DNA of 64,000 nt, from assembly GCA_964357615.1 (NCBI GenBank), contig CAYHMC010000007.1:4896-68895 (forward strand), written 5' to 3'. The notes beneath the pieces are model-generated. The model ran no database searches. It was not told where the DNA came from and was given only the letters and a program-made list of their open reading frames with translations. Of this stretch, positions 49,821-59,662 are shown piece by piece (the first letter of the stretch is position 1; every line of letters begins with the position of its first letter). This DNA is from an uncultured Candidatus Saccharibacteria bacterium (GTDB lineage Bacteria; Patescibacteriota; Minisyncoccia; UBA6257; JACOXY01). The position numbers and the translations under genes were made by a program.

Positions 49821-51356
49821 ATGATAAATTTAATTGTAAAAAATAAATTTGCGTTTATATCTTTTGTTAGTGGATTTACATTGATGGCTGTTGAAATAAT
49901 TGCATCTAGAATAATTGCTCCGATTGTTGGGTCATCACTATATACTTGGACAGCCATTATTGGCATTGTACTTTTGGGAATTTCGCTAGGCAACTACTTT
50001 GGTGGAAAAACTATTGATAAAAATCCAACGCAAAAAGTTATATCTTACTCACTTATATCATCAGCAATTTCAATTTCTTTAATTCCGCTTTTAGCAATTA
50101 TTGTTGAACCTATAGTTTTTTGGAATATTAGTCTTTTGCTAAAAGTTTCTCTCATTGCTATATTTCTTTTCTTTCTCCCTTCCTTTTTTCTAGGCACTAT
50201 TTTCCCATCTATTATAAGACTAAACCTAAACATTCTTTCGAGTGCCGGTCAGAATGCAGGGATAATTTCTGGACTTGGAGCGCTTGGAAGTATATTCGGA
50301 ACTTTTTTTACAGGATTTTTTCTTATTGGTTTTATTGGAAGCTCTATTTCGCTATATATTTTAGCTACAATTCTAGTGTTAACTTCTTTTATTTTTAACC
50401 AAAATATCAAAAATACTTCCTTAGCATTCTTACTAATTCTAACAGTTTGGATTATATACTCATACCAAACAAACAAAAAAGAAAATCTTATATTTGAATC
50501 CGAAAGTAATTACTACAATATCAAAGTCGCAAAGACCACATACAATAACACTGATACAAAAGTTTTGTTTTTAGATCTCGACAGTCACTCGCTAGAGGGG
50601 ATGGATGACAAAAAAATTGGTATTTATCAAGAAATTTCTCCAATTTTAAATGCGTTTACCAAAGATATAAAAAATGCGCTTGTAATCGGCGGTGGCTCCT
50701 ATCAAATACCAAAAGACTTAGTTAGATTGTTTGGAGCGAATGTAACTGTTATTGAAATCGACCCAGAAGTTACAAGAACTGCGGACAATTTTTTTGATGC
50801 AAAAAAATATAATATGCAAACTCATAATCTAGATGGACGCTTATTCTTAAAAACAAATGGAAAAAAATATGATGTTATTTTTGCAGATGCATTTAATTCA
50901 TTTATATCAATGCCTTGGTATATGGCCACAGAAGAAAATTTTGAATTATCGAGAAAGTCTTTGAGTAAAAATGGAATTTATGCGCTAAGCTTAATTTCAA
51001 GCATCGACGAAAAATATAATAGGCTATATCAAAGCTTATTAAAAACCTTCGCTGAAGTTTTTGATAACTATACTGTTCTAGCTTTAGGAAAAGAAAACAA
51101 CGACATTCAAAATATTATTATAATTGGAAAAAATTCAGATGAAAAAATAGACGAAGAAAAACTTAATTTTTTTATTTCTGAGTTTGCCAAAGAAGAAAAG
51201 GGCGGTATGCGAGTTAAAGCTTTTTTACATCCAAATCCAAACGCAGATGCTATTGTCCTTAGAGACGATTTTGCGCCAGTTGAAAGATTGACTTCAAAAC
51301 TAGTGGATGGTTATATAAATCAATATACTCGTTGGGCCTATTCAATAATTAAATAA
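49821..51356 (+). CDS. Membrane-anchored spermidine-synthase-like (class I SAM methyltransferase-fold, PF01564-like) protein, paralog 1
   Basis: 511 aa with about 8 N-terminal TM helices. The C-terminal domain has ALVIGGGSYQIPKDLVRLFGANVTVIEIDPEVTRTA...DGRLFL...KYDVIFADAFNS, the spermidine-synthase Rossmann pattern. Confidence 0.6.
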   Translation: MINLIVKNKFAFISFVSGFTLMAVEIIASRIIAPIVGSSLYTWTAIIGIVLLGISLGNYFGGKTIDKNPTQKVISYSLISSAISISLIPLLAIIVEPIVFWNISLLLKVSLIAIFLFFLPSFFLGTIFPSIIRLNLNILSSAGQNAGIISGLGALGSIFGTFFTGFFLIGFIGSSISLYILATILVLTSFIFNQNIKNTSLAFLLILTVWIIYSYQTNKKENLIFESESNYYNIKVAKTTYNNTDTKVLFLDLDSHSLEGMDDKKIGIYQEISPILNAFTKDIKNALVIGGGSYQIPKDLVRLFGANVTVIEIDPEVTRTADNFFDAKKYNMQTHNLDGRLFLKTNGKKYDVIFADAFNSFISMPWYMATEENFELSRKSLSKNGIYALSLISSIDEKYNRLYQSLLKTFAEVFDNYTVLALGKENNDIQNIIIIGKNSDEKIDEEKLNFFISEFAKEEKGGMRVKAFLHPNPNADAIVLRDDFAPVERLTSKLVDGYINQYTRWAYSIIK

Positions 51357-51361
51357 AATAA

Positions 51362-53476
51362 ATGGAAAATAAAGTAGATTCACATAAGAATTTAACTCTG
51401 TATTTCGCAGTTTTTGTTTCTAGCACTGCTATTATGGCGCTAGAAATTTTAGGCTTTAGTATAATTTCGCCACACTTTGGAAATGGATTAGCTGTTACTT
51501 CGAATCTTATTGCGTTGGTACTATTGGGGTTAGCGTTAGGTTATTATCACGGCGGAAATATTGCTAATCAAAAATCAAACACAAAAACTCTATCGGATAT
51601 ATTTTTTTTAGTAGCAATTTATGTTGGTATAGTTTTTTCGCTTAGAGACCACATTAGCTCGTTTATAAGAGTGGCCATTCCAAGCATTCCAATTGGATCA
51701 TTGGTCACAATAACCATTCTTTTTGTTCCAATAAGTTTTTTCTTTGGAATTGTTTTACCATACTCAATTAAATTAGTGGTTAAAAATATTAAAAATTCCG
51801 GCAAATCATCTGGGGTAATTTATGCCCTTTCTTCTTTTGGTAGTATAACCGGCACATTAGTAGCTGGTTTCGTACTCATTCCATATTTCAGCTTAACCAA
51901 CTCTTTAACATTAATTATCGCTTTAATTTTACTTACTGGAATTTTTCTTCAGCCCAAAAAAGCTTATTTTCTTTTGTTTATTCCTGTTATTTATGGATCC
52001 TTGGAATTTACAAAAAACTATAATTTTGAAAAAGTTTTGTATGGCGGAAATTCAACCGCGTTTGAGGGCGCGATTAAACTCAATAGAGAAAAAATGGTTA
52101 AAATAGATGATATTTTTAGTCAGTATAATAGAATTCGTATTTACGAAGGAGTCGACGAAACAACCAACAGAAAACTCAGGTTGCTTAGGGTTAACAAAGA
52201 AATCCATTCTGGAACATTCTTAGACAGCAATGAATTAATTTTCAAATATGCGAAATTTAATAAATTAGCTGGACATTTTAATTCCAAAGCAAAAAAAGCA
52301 CTATTAATCGGTGGTGGTGGATATTCTTATGCTAAATTTTTTCTTGGCGACACTCCGCTTCATGACACGCTTAAAGAGTGGTCGTTAAATGGAAAAATTT
52401 ACTCAAATGACAACAAAGTAACCGTGCCGATACTTATATCATCGAATGCGGACTTGGTTTCCAAAAAAAGAATTTTGATTGGCGAATCGCTACTTAAACC
52501 ACTTGGTTCGGAGCTAGAAGGGACTAAAAATTTTCTTGAAGCCGAAAATCAATTTCTACAATCAGTAAACAAAACTTCGAGCTCTACTGTCATTGCAAAA
52601 AAAGCAGAAATATATGACACGGGACTACCCTGTAATGATGGTTATGTTCATGTTCACGAAATAAGCAAAAATGGAATGCCAGAGGATGGCAAAATTATCA
52701 GCCCAAACATACCAATTAACGCCGAGGTAAACAAACAGGGCCTTGTAATTGGCCACAGCAAACTATTTACTGGAGCAACGACATCTATATCAATTACTCT
52801 TGATAGAAAAATTAAAGATAACGAAGTTCTAAATGTGATGTTGCACCGAGATAATTGCAATGGGAGATTTGACCCAATATTAGTCGATGGCTACGAAAAA
52901 ATAGAATCTCTGGATGTTGTAGAAATTGATCCCAAGATGCGAGAGGTGGCAGTAAAATATTTCGGCTTAATCGAAAACGACCCAAGGCTAAAAATATTCG
53001 AAGAGGATGGCAGAACTTATATAAATAACACAAAAGAAAAATATGACAATATTTATATAGATGCGATGTTGAGTTTTTATAGTATGCCATATCAATTAAC
53101 TACAACAGAAGCAATAAGTCGCCTGTACAATATCTTAAACGATAACGGCTTGGTAATTGTAAACATTCCAGGAGCACTAACTGGTGAATATAGTAAATTT
53201 TTTCAAGCTGAATATTTAACTTATAAAAAAATCTTTCCTGTTGTGCAAGCATATGCAGTCTCTTCATTAGAAAAAGAAACTACTATTCAAAACATAGTGT
53301 TAATTGCATTTAAAGCGGATAAAATAAGAGAAACTTTAAATGACGAACAAGAGATTAGTGCCATGCTAGATAATGCCTGGAGGGGAAGCGTAGAGAAAGA
53401 AACTCCGATATTAACAGACGACTATGCTCCAGTAGATTATTTTAATAATGCCCTTGTAAATATACCGACATTATAA
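51362..53476 (+). CDS. Membrane-anchored spermidine-synthase-like protein, paralog 2, with a large insertion
   Basis: 704 aa. The N-terminal TM domain is homologous to paralog 1. The C-terminal region has ALLIGGGGYSYAKFFLGD ... VEIDPKMREVAVKYFGL ... EDGRTYI ... YDNIYIDAM. Confidence 0.55.
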   Translation: MENKVDSHKNLTLYFAVFVSSTAIMALEILGFSIISPHFGNGLAVTSNLIALVLLGLALGYYHGGNIANQKSNTKTLSDIFFLVAIYVGIVFSLRDHISSFIRVAIPSIPIGSLVTITILFVPISFFFGIVLPYSIKLVVKNIKNSGKSSGVIYALSSFGSITGTLVAGFVLIPYFSLTNSLTLIIALILLTGIFLQPKKAYFLLFIPVIYGSLEFTKNYNFEKVLYGGNSTAFEGAIKLNREKMVKIDDIFSQYNRIRIYEGVDETTNRKLRLLRVNKEIHSGTFLDSNELIFKYAKFNKLAGHFNSKAKKALLIGGGGYSYAKFFLGDTPLHDTLKEWSLNGKIYSNDNKVTVPILISSNADLVSKKRILIGESLLKPLGSELEGTKNFLEAENQFLQSVNKTSSSTVIAKKAEIYDTGLPCNDGYVHVHEISKNGMPEDGKIISPNIPINAEVNKQGLVIGHSKLFTGATTSISITLDRKIKDNEVLNVMLHRDNCNGRFDPILVDGYEKIESLDVVEIDPKMREVAVKYFGLIENDPRLKIFEEDGRTYINNTKEKYDNIYIDAMLSFYSMPYQLTTTEAISRLYNILNDNGLVIVNIPGALTGEYSKFFQAEYLTYKKIFPVVQAYAVSSLEKETTIQNIVLIAFKADKIRETLNDEQEISAMLDNAWRGSVEKETPILTDDYAPVDYFNNALVNIPTL

Positions 53477-53479
53477 AAG

Positions 53480-54070
53480 CTATGCGGATCTAAGCGAAAT
53501 AACTGAATTAACTAACGACGCCAGTGAAAGAATAATGACTATTGTTGTATTGCCATAATTAGGAATAAGAAAAAAACTAACTAAGATAATTCCTAAAATA
53601 CTCCCAATTGTTCCAATTCCATACAAAAGTCCGCTAACTGAAGCAACGGAGTCTATATTTTTTGTTGCTAACCGAATAGCATATGTTGTTGTCATGCTTA
53701 AAAAAAATGTGGGCAATGCAAGTAAATAAATCGCAGCAATGAGCCCGCTAAGTCCATAGTTAGAAGAATTAACTAAAACATGAACTGAATCTTTAAGTGG
53801 CAAAATAAGAAGAATAAAAAAACCAGCCTCGAAAGATATTGTTGCTAAGATTTTTCTGCTAATTTTTTTATCGGCAATATAACCGCCGATGTAATAGCCG
53901 AACGAGGATGCAAATAAAATAACCCCAATCACTGCAGACCAAACCGTAATTGTTGTTCCAACAAATGGAGCAAGAATTCGCACCCCCAAAATTTCAAGAG
54001 CCAAAATAACTGCTCCATTTATAAACAGTATATAATGAATACTATACTTTTTTGATATAAATTTGCTCAT
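53480..54070 (-). CDS. Polytopic membrane protein homologous to the N-terminal membrane domain of the two upstream spermidine-synthase-like proteins
   Basis: 196 aa. ILALEILGVRILAPFVGTTITVWSAVIGVILFASSFGYYIGGYIADKK parallels MAVEIIASRIIAPIVGSSLYTWTAIIGIVLLGISLGNYFGGKTIDKN of the 49821 product. Confidence 0.5.
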   Translation of the reverse strand: MSKFISKKYSIHYILFINGAVILALEILGVRILAPFVGTTITVWSAVIGVILFASSFGYYIGGYIADKKISRKILATISFEAGFFILLILPLKDSVHVLVNSSNYGLSGLIAAIYLLALPTFFLSMTTTYAIRLATKNIDSVASVSGLLYGIGTIGSILGIILVSFFLIPNYGNTTIVIILSLASLVNSVISLRSA

Positions 54071-54140
54071 AATTTTTTGACTAACTTATGAAGTTTATCT
54101 TTTGTATTTTGCTTAAGTCAAATAATATTGTATAAACCTA

Positions 54141-54971
54141 TTGAATCATAAATTCAAAAAAATACAACCACAAATGCAAAAACTAGGCCAACATTTTTTA
54201 AAAGATAAATCTGTTTTAGAAAAAATAATTACAGCAATTGATTTTGGAATCAACGAAAATATAATTGAGGTTGGCCCAGGTCATGGAGAACTCACAAATC
54301 TTATTGTAAGGGAGTTAAAAAAAAATAATGGGAAATTGGTAATGATTGAGAAAGATAGCAAGCTATTTTTAGAACTGCAGGAAAATTTCAATAATTCTAA
54401 TCACATTATCTTAGAAGGCGATGCTTTAAAGATTGTACCAAAGCTAGTAGACAGCAAAGAATTTAAAAATAAAAAATACAAAATAGTAGGCAATATTCCA
54501 TACTATATAACTGGATACCTCCTTAGGGTAATTGGCGAATCTAAGTCAAAACCTCAAATATGCGTGTTCACAATTCAAAATGAAGTAGCAGATCGAATAA
54601 ATGCTAAACCACCACATATGAATTTGCTTGCGGCCTCGGTTCAAATATGGGCTGATACAAAAATTATTTCTAGAGTTCCACGCGGAGCATTTAGCCCACC
54701 GCCAAAAGTACAAAGTGCTGTTATAAAACTCACAACTAAAACAATGGGGATTCCAAAAAGTGATTTACTTAATTACTATAAATTTTTACACACAATATTT
54801 AAACAGCCGAGAAAAACCATATTAAACAATTTGGTGTCTGGTTTAAATAAAAATAGAGAAGAATTAGTTTCTGGCCTTATTCAGCTTAATTTAGACCCTA
54901 TTATTAGACCGCAAAACTTAAAAATTGAAGAAATAATCAAACTTTTTGAATTATTTTACAAAAATGATTAG
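54141..54971 (+). CDS. rsmA: 16S rRNA (adenine1518-N6/adenine1519-N6)-dimethyltransferase
   Basis: LGQHFLKD, VGPGHGELT and GNIPYYITG are KsgA/RsmA signature motifs. Confidence 0.85.
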   Translation: MNHKFKKIQPQMQKLGQHFLKDKSVLEKIITAIDFGINENIIEVGPGHGELTNLIVRELKKNNGKLVMIEKDSKLFLELQENFNNSNHIILEGDALKIVPKLVDSKEFKNKKYKIVGNIPYYITGYLLRVIGESKSKPQICVFTIQNEVADRINAKPPHMNLLAASVQIWADTKIISRVPRGAFSPPPKVQSAVIKLTTKTMGIPKSDLLNYYKFLHTIFKQPRKTILNNLVSGLNKNREELVSGLIQLNLDPIIRPQNLKIEEIIKLFELFYKND

Positions 54972-55057
54972 GGTCAGCGGACACAATTAACCTTATTTAG
55001 TTAAATTGGCATAGTTATCCCCATGTGGCTATATATTAGAATGCTATAATATAGGGG

Positions 55058-55933
55058 ATGTTAATCTATGTGAAAAAGTTCACCGTTTTCGCACTTATTT
55101 CAGTGGGTGCGAGCTTTGTACTCTTCTTATTTTTTGGTAATGCTAACCCAACAATCAACTCATTTGATGTTTTGGGGAACAAAAATATCTCGCTATCCGG
55201 ACAATCTCAGCCAACTGGCATATTCAATAGATTTATTGATGGTGCATCAATGGTGCTTGGCATCAGTAGCTCAAACACAACGGCTAATAATAGCATCGAC
55301 CAAATAAACAATGTATCAAACCTAACCGAAATCTTTGCGAAGCTTATTGCCGGTAAAATGATCGAGGGTAATCCTAATGGATCGCAACAAATCGGTGGGC
55401 AAGAATCATTTATTTTACCAGGCAACTTAAATTTGGCAGACCCAGGACTTCAACAAAAAATGATTGCGTATAAAAATGAAGCATTATCTCCCTTCGTTGA
55501 CATAAAAAAATTTAATACAACAGAAACAACAAAGAAAGAAGATCTTACTAAATACATCCTACTTATTCATAGCAGCTACAGAGAAATTGTTGATATGGCT
55601 GAACACAATTTTAATGCTGATTCTTTCGGCGATGTTATAAAAAATTATTTAGTCCTTGGTCAAATTTCTGAAAAATATTTAAGCGCGCTCTACAGCATTC
55701 AAGTACCCACAGTTTTAATTGATTTTCATAAAAAAATAACAATGGCTAGTGAAGCTCAAAAAAATATTGCTTTTGCATTACTTGACCATAAAAATGATCC
55801 GCTTAAGGCAAGTATGGTTGGTGAACTTCAAGAAGAATTAAATGCGCTATATATTAAACTTGCAAAAGAAGAAATAGGGCTTGTAGCAAAATTAGAAATA
55901 CCAGTCAATCTAAAACTTTTAATTTCGGAATAA
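55058..55933 (+). CDS. Hypothetical secreted protein
   Basis: 291 aa with a signal peptide/TM segment (FTVFALISVGASFVLFLFF). No recognised family. Confidence 0.4.
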   Translation: MLIYVKKFTVFALISVGASFVLFLFFGNANPTINSFDVLGNKNISLSGQSQPTGIFNRFIDGASMVLGISSSNTTANNSIDQINNVSNLTEIFAKLIAGKMIEGNPNGSQQIGGQESFILPGNLNLADPGLQQKMIAYKNEALSPFVDIKKFNTTETTKKEDLTKYILLIHSSYREIVDMAEHNFNADSFGDVIKNYLVLGQISEKYLSALYSIQVPTVLIDFHKKITMASEAQKNIAFALLDHKNDPLKASMVGELQEELNALYIKLAKEEIGLVAKLEIPVNLKLLISE

Positions 55934-55941
55934 AAATAGCT

Positions 55942-57363
55942 ATGCTTAAGAATACAATTATAATTTTATTACTGTTTTCAATTAGTATCGCCTCCGTTGT
56001 GCCACGCACAGCACATGCCATTCCAGTGCTTGATTTACCAGATATAGCAGCAAATGTAGGCAAATGGATTCTCGGACAAATTGAAGCTCAATATAAAAGA
56101 GCTTTGGATAAATGGTTTCAATATGTTTGGAAAGTACTTTTGGAAGAATTTAAGCTTAAAGTTTTAGATATTTTAAATGAGCAAATAGTGAGTTGGATTA
56201 CCGAGGGTGAAAATGAAGTAGCTAAATTTATTGGAAATTGGGAAACATATCTAGGCGGAGCTTATAAATATGGCTACAATAGCGTCGGCGGTGAACTTAG
56301 ACTGTCTACTATGTGTGGTCAATTTAAAGACGCTATCGTAAATACAAATTGGGAATTTTCAGACCAACCAGCAACCTTAAATTCATTGTTTGTAGATAAA
56401 GTAAATTGCTCACTAGACCCACTTTTAGCAAACTTAGGCACCACAATACAAGATTATCAAAAAGATTTTAGAAATGGTGGTTGGATTGCATACCGAGAGC
56501 AAAAAATGAAACTTCAAAATACTTATTTGGGTTCTTATTTTCTTGCATCAGACGAAGCTATTAGTCGTGGTCGCACAAAAGAAAACGCAGCCCTACAACA
56601 AGGTGTGGCGAGTAAAGGTTTTATTCCGGTAAAACGCTGTATCGAGGATTTAGCGCCTGGTGCTGCTGGACCACCAAATCCAAACGCTTGCGCAGAATTT
56701 CAAATTACTTCTCCAGCTTCAGTTTTTGAAAGTGCATTGGATGCTGCCACACAAGGAAGATTTAGTTATGTTATAAATGCAGATCAAATGGTTCAGATGG
56801 TACTCGTTGTTGCTGAATCATTTGCAAATAAATTAATTAAGTCCGGCGTGGATGGGTTATTTAATTATGGGGGAGGAAACACTCCGTCTAGCGGATATGT
56901 AGATAACACTTCAGCAAACGATTGCTTAGCACTCGACCCAACAGGAGAACTCTGCAGACATCAAGCGGGGTCCGGACCAACCGCTTCTGGTGTTCCCCAA
57001 GATGCGAAACAAGATGGCGGAACATGTACAGCGAATACTGATTGCTTTTCTACAATCTGTGGAGCTGGAGGAGTATGTATTTCTCCGGTTTCAAACGGTT
57101 CTGGTTGTAATGAAAATCGCGAATGTAAGTCAAGTTTATGCGGTCCAACAAACACTTGCATTGATACCTTGGCAAATGGCGCTGGCTGTAATCAAGATTA
57201 CCAGTGCCGAACAGGTTACTGCTCTCCATCAACTAATAAATGTGCCGATGTGCCACCCGCAAATGAAGGCTTATTAGGAGGTCCCTGCAAACAACCAGGG
57301 TCCACCTGCAATTCTGGCGCAAGATGTAATTTCTCGACATTCATTTGTGTTCCAGTAATATAA
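55942..57363 (+). CDS. Secreted protein with four C-terminal Cys-rich modules, adjacent to the T4SS-like genes (candidate surface or pilus-associated adhesin)
   Basis: 473 aa with a signal peptide. Repeats GGTCTANTDCFSTICGAGGVC, GSGCNENRECKSSLCGPTNTC, GAGCNQDYQCRTGYCSPSTNKC, GGPCKQPGSTCNSGARCNFSTFIC. Confidence 0.45.
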   Translation: MLKNTIIILLLFSISIASVVPRTAHAIPVLDLPDIAANVGKWILGQIEAQYKRALDKWFQYVWKVLLEEFKLKVLDILNEQIVSWITEGENEVAKFIGNWETYLGGAYKYGYNSVGGELRLSTMCGQFKDAIVNTNWEFSDQPATLNSLFVDKVNCSLDPLLANLGTTIQDYQKDFRNGGWIAYREQKMKLQNTYLGSYFLASDEAISRGRTKENAALQQGVASKGFIPVKRCIEDLAPGAAGPPNPNACAEFQITSPASVFESALDAATQGRFSYVINADQMVQMVLVVAESFANKLIKSGVDGLFNYGGGNTPSSGYVDNTSANDCLALDPTGELCRHQAGSGPTASGVPQDAKQDGGTCTANTDCFSTICGAGGVCISPVSNGSGCNENRECKSSLCGPTNTCIDTLANGAGCNQDYQCRTGYCSPSTNKCADVPPANEGLLGGPCKQPGSTCNSGARCNFSTFICVPVI

Positions 57364-57436
57364 ATTATTTTCTAAGCTAGGTTACCCTACCAACCGCAAA
57401 AAAATAATCGCTAATAAAATTTCTAAAATTCAAATA

Positions 57437-59626
57437 ATGTTTTACTCTTTAAAAAAATACTTAAATAAATACAGAAATTCTCTAATTTTTTTGGTTTTTT
57501 TGTTTTTGGTTGTGGGGACTGTTTTTGTTTCTTATCCAAATGATGTTTTGGCTGCAGTTAGTATTGACGGCGCTGGAAATGACGGCAAAACTCTTCCGCC
57601 CTCAGATACTGCTGGTTGTGGCGAAGGAATTACAAGCTTTTTAGAAATTGGATGTTTAATTGCAAGAATTAATGGGTGGATTGGATGGGCTGCTGGATGG
57701 ATGATTATGCTTGTTATGTCGATACTAGAAATTGCCCTTGAAATCAATGGTAAGGTTTTACAACTACCCGCAGTACAATTAGGATGGAGTTTTACTCGTG
57801 ATGTAGCAAACATGGGTTTTGTTCTTGGAATGATTGTTATTGCTTTTGCCACTATACTTCGAAGCCAATCTTATGGAGTTAAACAACTAATAGTTAGATT
57901 AATTGTTGCCGCTGTTGCCGTAAACTTGAGCCTTAGCGTGGCGGGCGTTTTTATGGATGTGGCGGCAATTCCTACTCAGTTTTTTATGGACAAAATAACA
58001 GGGCCACTAGATAGTGGTCCAGGTGGCTTTTCTAAAACACTAAGCGCAGCTTTTAACATTCAAAACATAGAAACTATTAATGTAACTTCCCAAACCACAC
58101 TTAGTGGAACCGCAAAGGCAACCGGCATTGTTGCGAGTGTCTTTTTCTCGTTAATTTTTTCATTTGTAATCTTGATAACTCTAATGACTCTGACTTATAT
58201 GTTTCTTCATAGATTCATTGCTTTAGCCATTTTAATGATCTTAATGCCACTTGCAATACTTTCCTGGGTTTTTCCTGGGTTGCGTGGAAGATGGAGTACA
58301 TGGCTCGGAAAATTTATGCAGTGGACTTTTTTTGCACCAATTTCTATGTTCTTTCTGCACTTGGCAGTCTACACCGTGAAAGCCCAAGGTGGTTATATTA
58401 CTAGCGCCGCAAACACATTAAAAACAGCGGCACTTGGTTCTGGAACAGCTTTTGAACAATCAATTTTAATTGGAACAAATGACCCAGTATTGCTTGTGAC
58501 AAATATGGTTTTAATGGTTCTACTAACATTGGGTGGATTGTTTGCCGCTCAATCAATGAGCATACAGGGAGCTTCGTACGGAATGAAATTAGCAACATCT
58601 GGATCGCAAAGAATCTTAAGGGGTGGAACAACTGTACCAGCAGCAGCAGTTGGTCGTTGGGCTGGAAATCGCGCTATGACATATGGATCTACGGTTGGTG
58701 AAGATGGGAAATCTACCACAAATTCGTACGCACAAAGTATGGCAACTAGACTAGCCTCAGTAAAAGTTGCGGGCATGAACGTGGGACGCTTCTTTAGTGG
58801 CGCCTCTGAAAAAATTAATAAAAAAGTTACTGAGGTGCAGAAGGGCGCCGAGGAACAGCGCACGCGTTTTGACACTCAAACAAAAAGCTATAGAGCTGCG
58901 ACTCTTGATCGCCTAACCACCGTGGCAAACCCAGAAATGGCTTCTGGATTACTACTCGCCATGGCAAAGAAAGGTGAGCTTCGCGACGCCGACCCAGAAA
59001 AACAAAAGGCAATAGACGAGAAAATTACAGAGCTTTTGGGCAAGCTTATTGAGACGAATAGCGGAAAAGAATTCGCTAGCTATTTGCCAGAATACGCAAG
59101 TGTGCTTGGTCAAGAAATTAGTAAAATTATGCCGAAAACAAACACTGAAACTTATGCCGAGATGAAAGCCAGCACATTTAAGTCAGATAGTGGTGATTCA
59201 GGCAGGGATAAAGCCGCGACTGACGCAGTTCTTTATGCTTCATCTTCGGGGCTTAAAACAATTGCTGACCGCAACCCTGAAGCTGTTGGTGAAATAATGA
59301 AAACATTTGAAAAAATTAGATTAAGTTTTGAGGGATTTGATGAAGCAAAAACGCGCAAAGACATAGCCGACAATGCTAACTCGACGGACGAAAAAGTAAA
59401 AGAGCAGGTCAAAGCGGATAACAAAAAACTACTGGAATACTCTCGCTACAGAACTCAAAAAGAAATACTTTATACTGACCCTGGTTTTTCTGGTGCTGCG
59501 GTTAATCAAAAAACGGTAGAATCCTTCCGTGATGAAAGATTTGCGAGAATGAATGGTGGCGGTGGCAACCAAAAGAGAACAGAAAAACCCGAAAATCTTG
59601 ACGAGCGTGGCCGAAGAATGAATTAA
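57437..59626 (+). CDS. VirB6/TrbL-like polytopic inner-membrane protein of a type IV secretion/conjugation system, with hydrophilic C-terminal extension
   Basis: 729 aa. Signal/TM segment, then at least seven further hydrophobic helices (GWIGWAAGWMIMLVMSILEIAL, MGFVLGMIVIAFATIL, LIVAAVAVNLSLSVAGVFMDV, VFFSLIFSFVILITLMTLTYMFL, IALAILMILMPLAILSWVF, WTFFAPISMFFLHLAVYTV, LLVTNMVLMVLLTLGGLFAAQ). A ~340-aa charged tail follows, as in TrbL. Confidence 0.55.
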   Translation: MFYSLKKYLNKYRNSLIFLVFLFLVVGTVFVSYPNDVLAAVSIDGAGNDGKTLPPSDTAGCGEGITSFLEIGCLIARINGWIGWAAGWMIMLVMSILEIALEINGKVLQLPAVQLGWSFTRDVANMGFVLGMIVIAFATILRSQSYGVKQLIVRLIVAAVAVNLSLSVAGVFMDVAAIPTQFFMDKITGPLDSGPGGFSKTLSAAFNIQNIETINVTSQTTLSGTAKATGIVASVFFSLIFSFVILITLMTLTYMFLHRFIALAILMILMPLAILSWVFPGLRGRWSTWLGKFMQWTFFAPISMFFLHLAVYTVKAQGGYITSAANTLKTAALGSGTAFEQSILIGTNDPVLLVTNMVLMVLLTLGGLFAAQSMSIQGASYGMKLATSGSQRILRGGTTVPAAAVGRWAGNRAMTYGSTVGEDGKSTTNSYAQSMATRLASVKVAGMNVGRFFSGASEKINKKVTEVQKGAEEQRTRFDTQTKSYRAATLDRLTTVANPEMASGLLLAMAKKGELRDADPEKQKAIDEKITELLGKLIETNSGKEFASYLPEYASVLGQEISKIMPKTNTETYAEMKASTFKSDSGDSGRDKAATDAVLYASSSGLKTIADRNPEAVGEIMKTFEKIRLSFEGFDEAKTRKDIADNANSTDEKVKEQVKADNKKLLEYSRYRTQKEILYTDPGFSGAAVNQKTVESFRDERFARMNGGGGNQKRTEKPENLDERGRRMN

Positions 59627-59662
59627 GTTATGTAAAAAGTGTAAAGTAATTTTATTAAAAGT

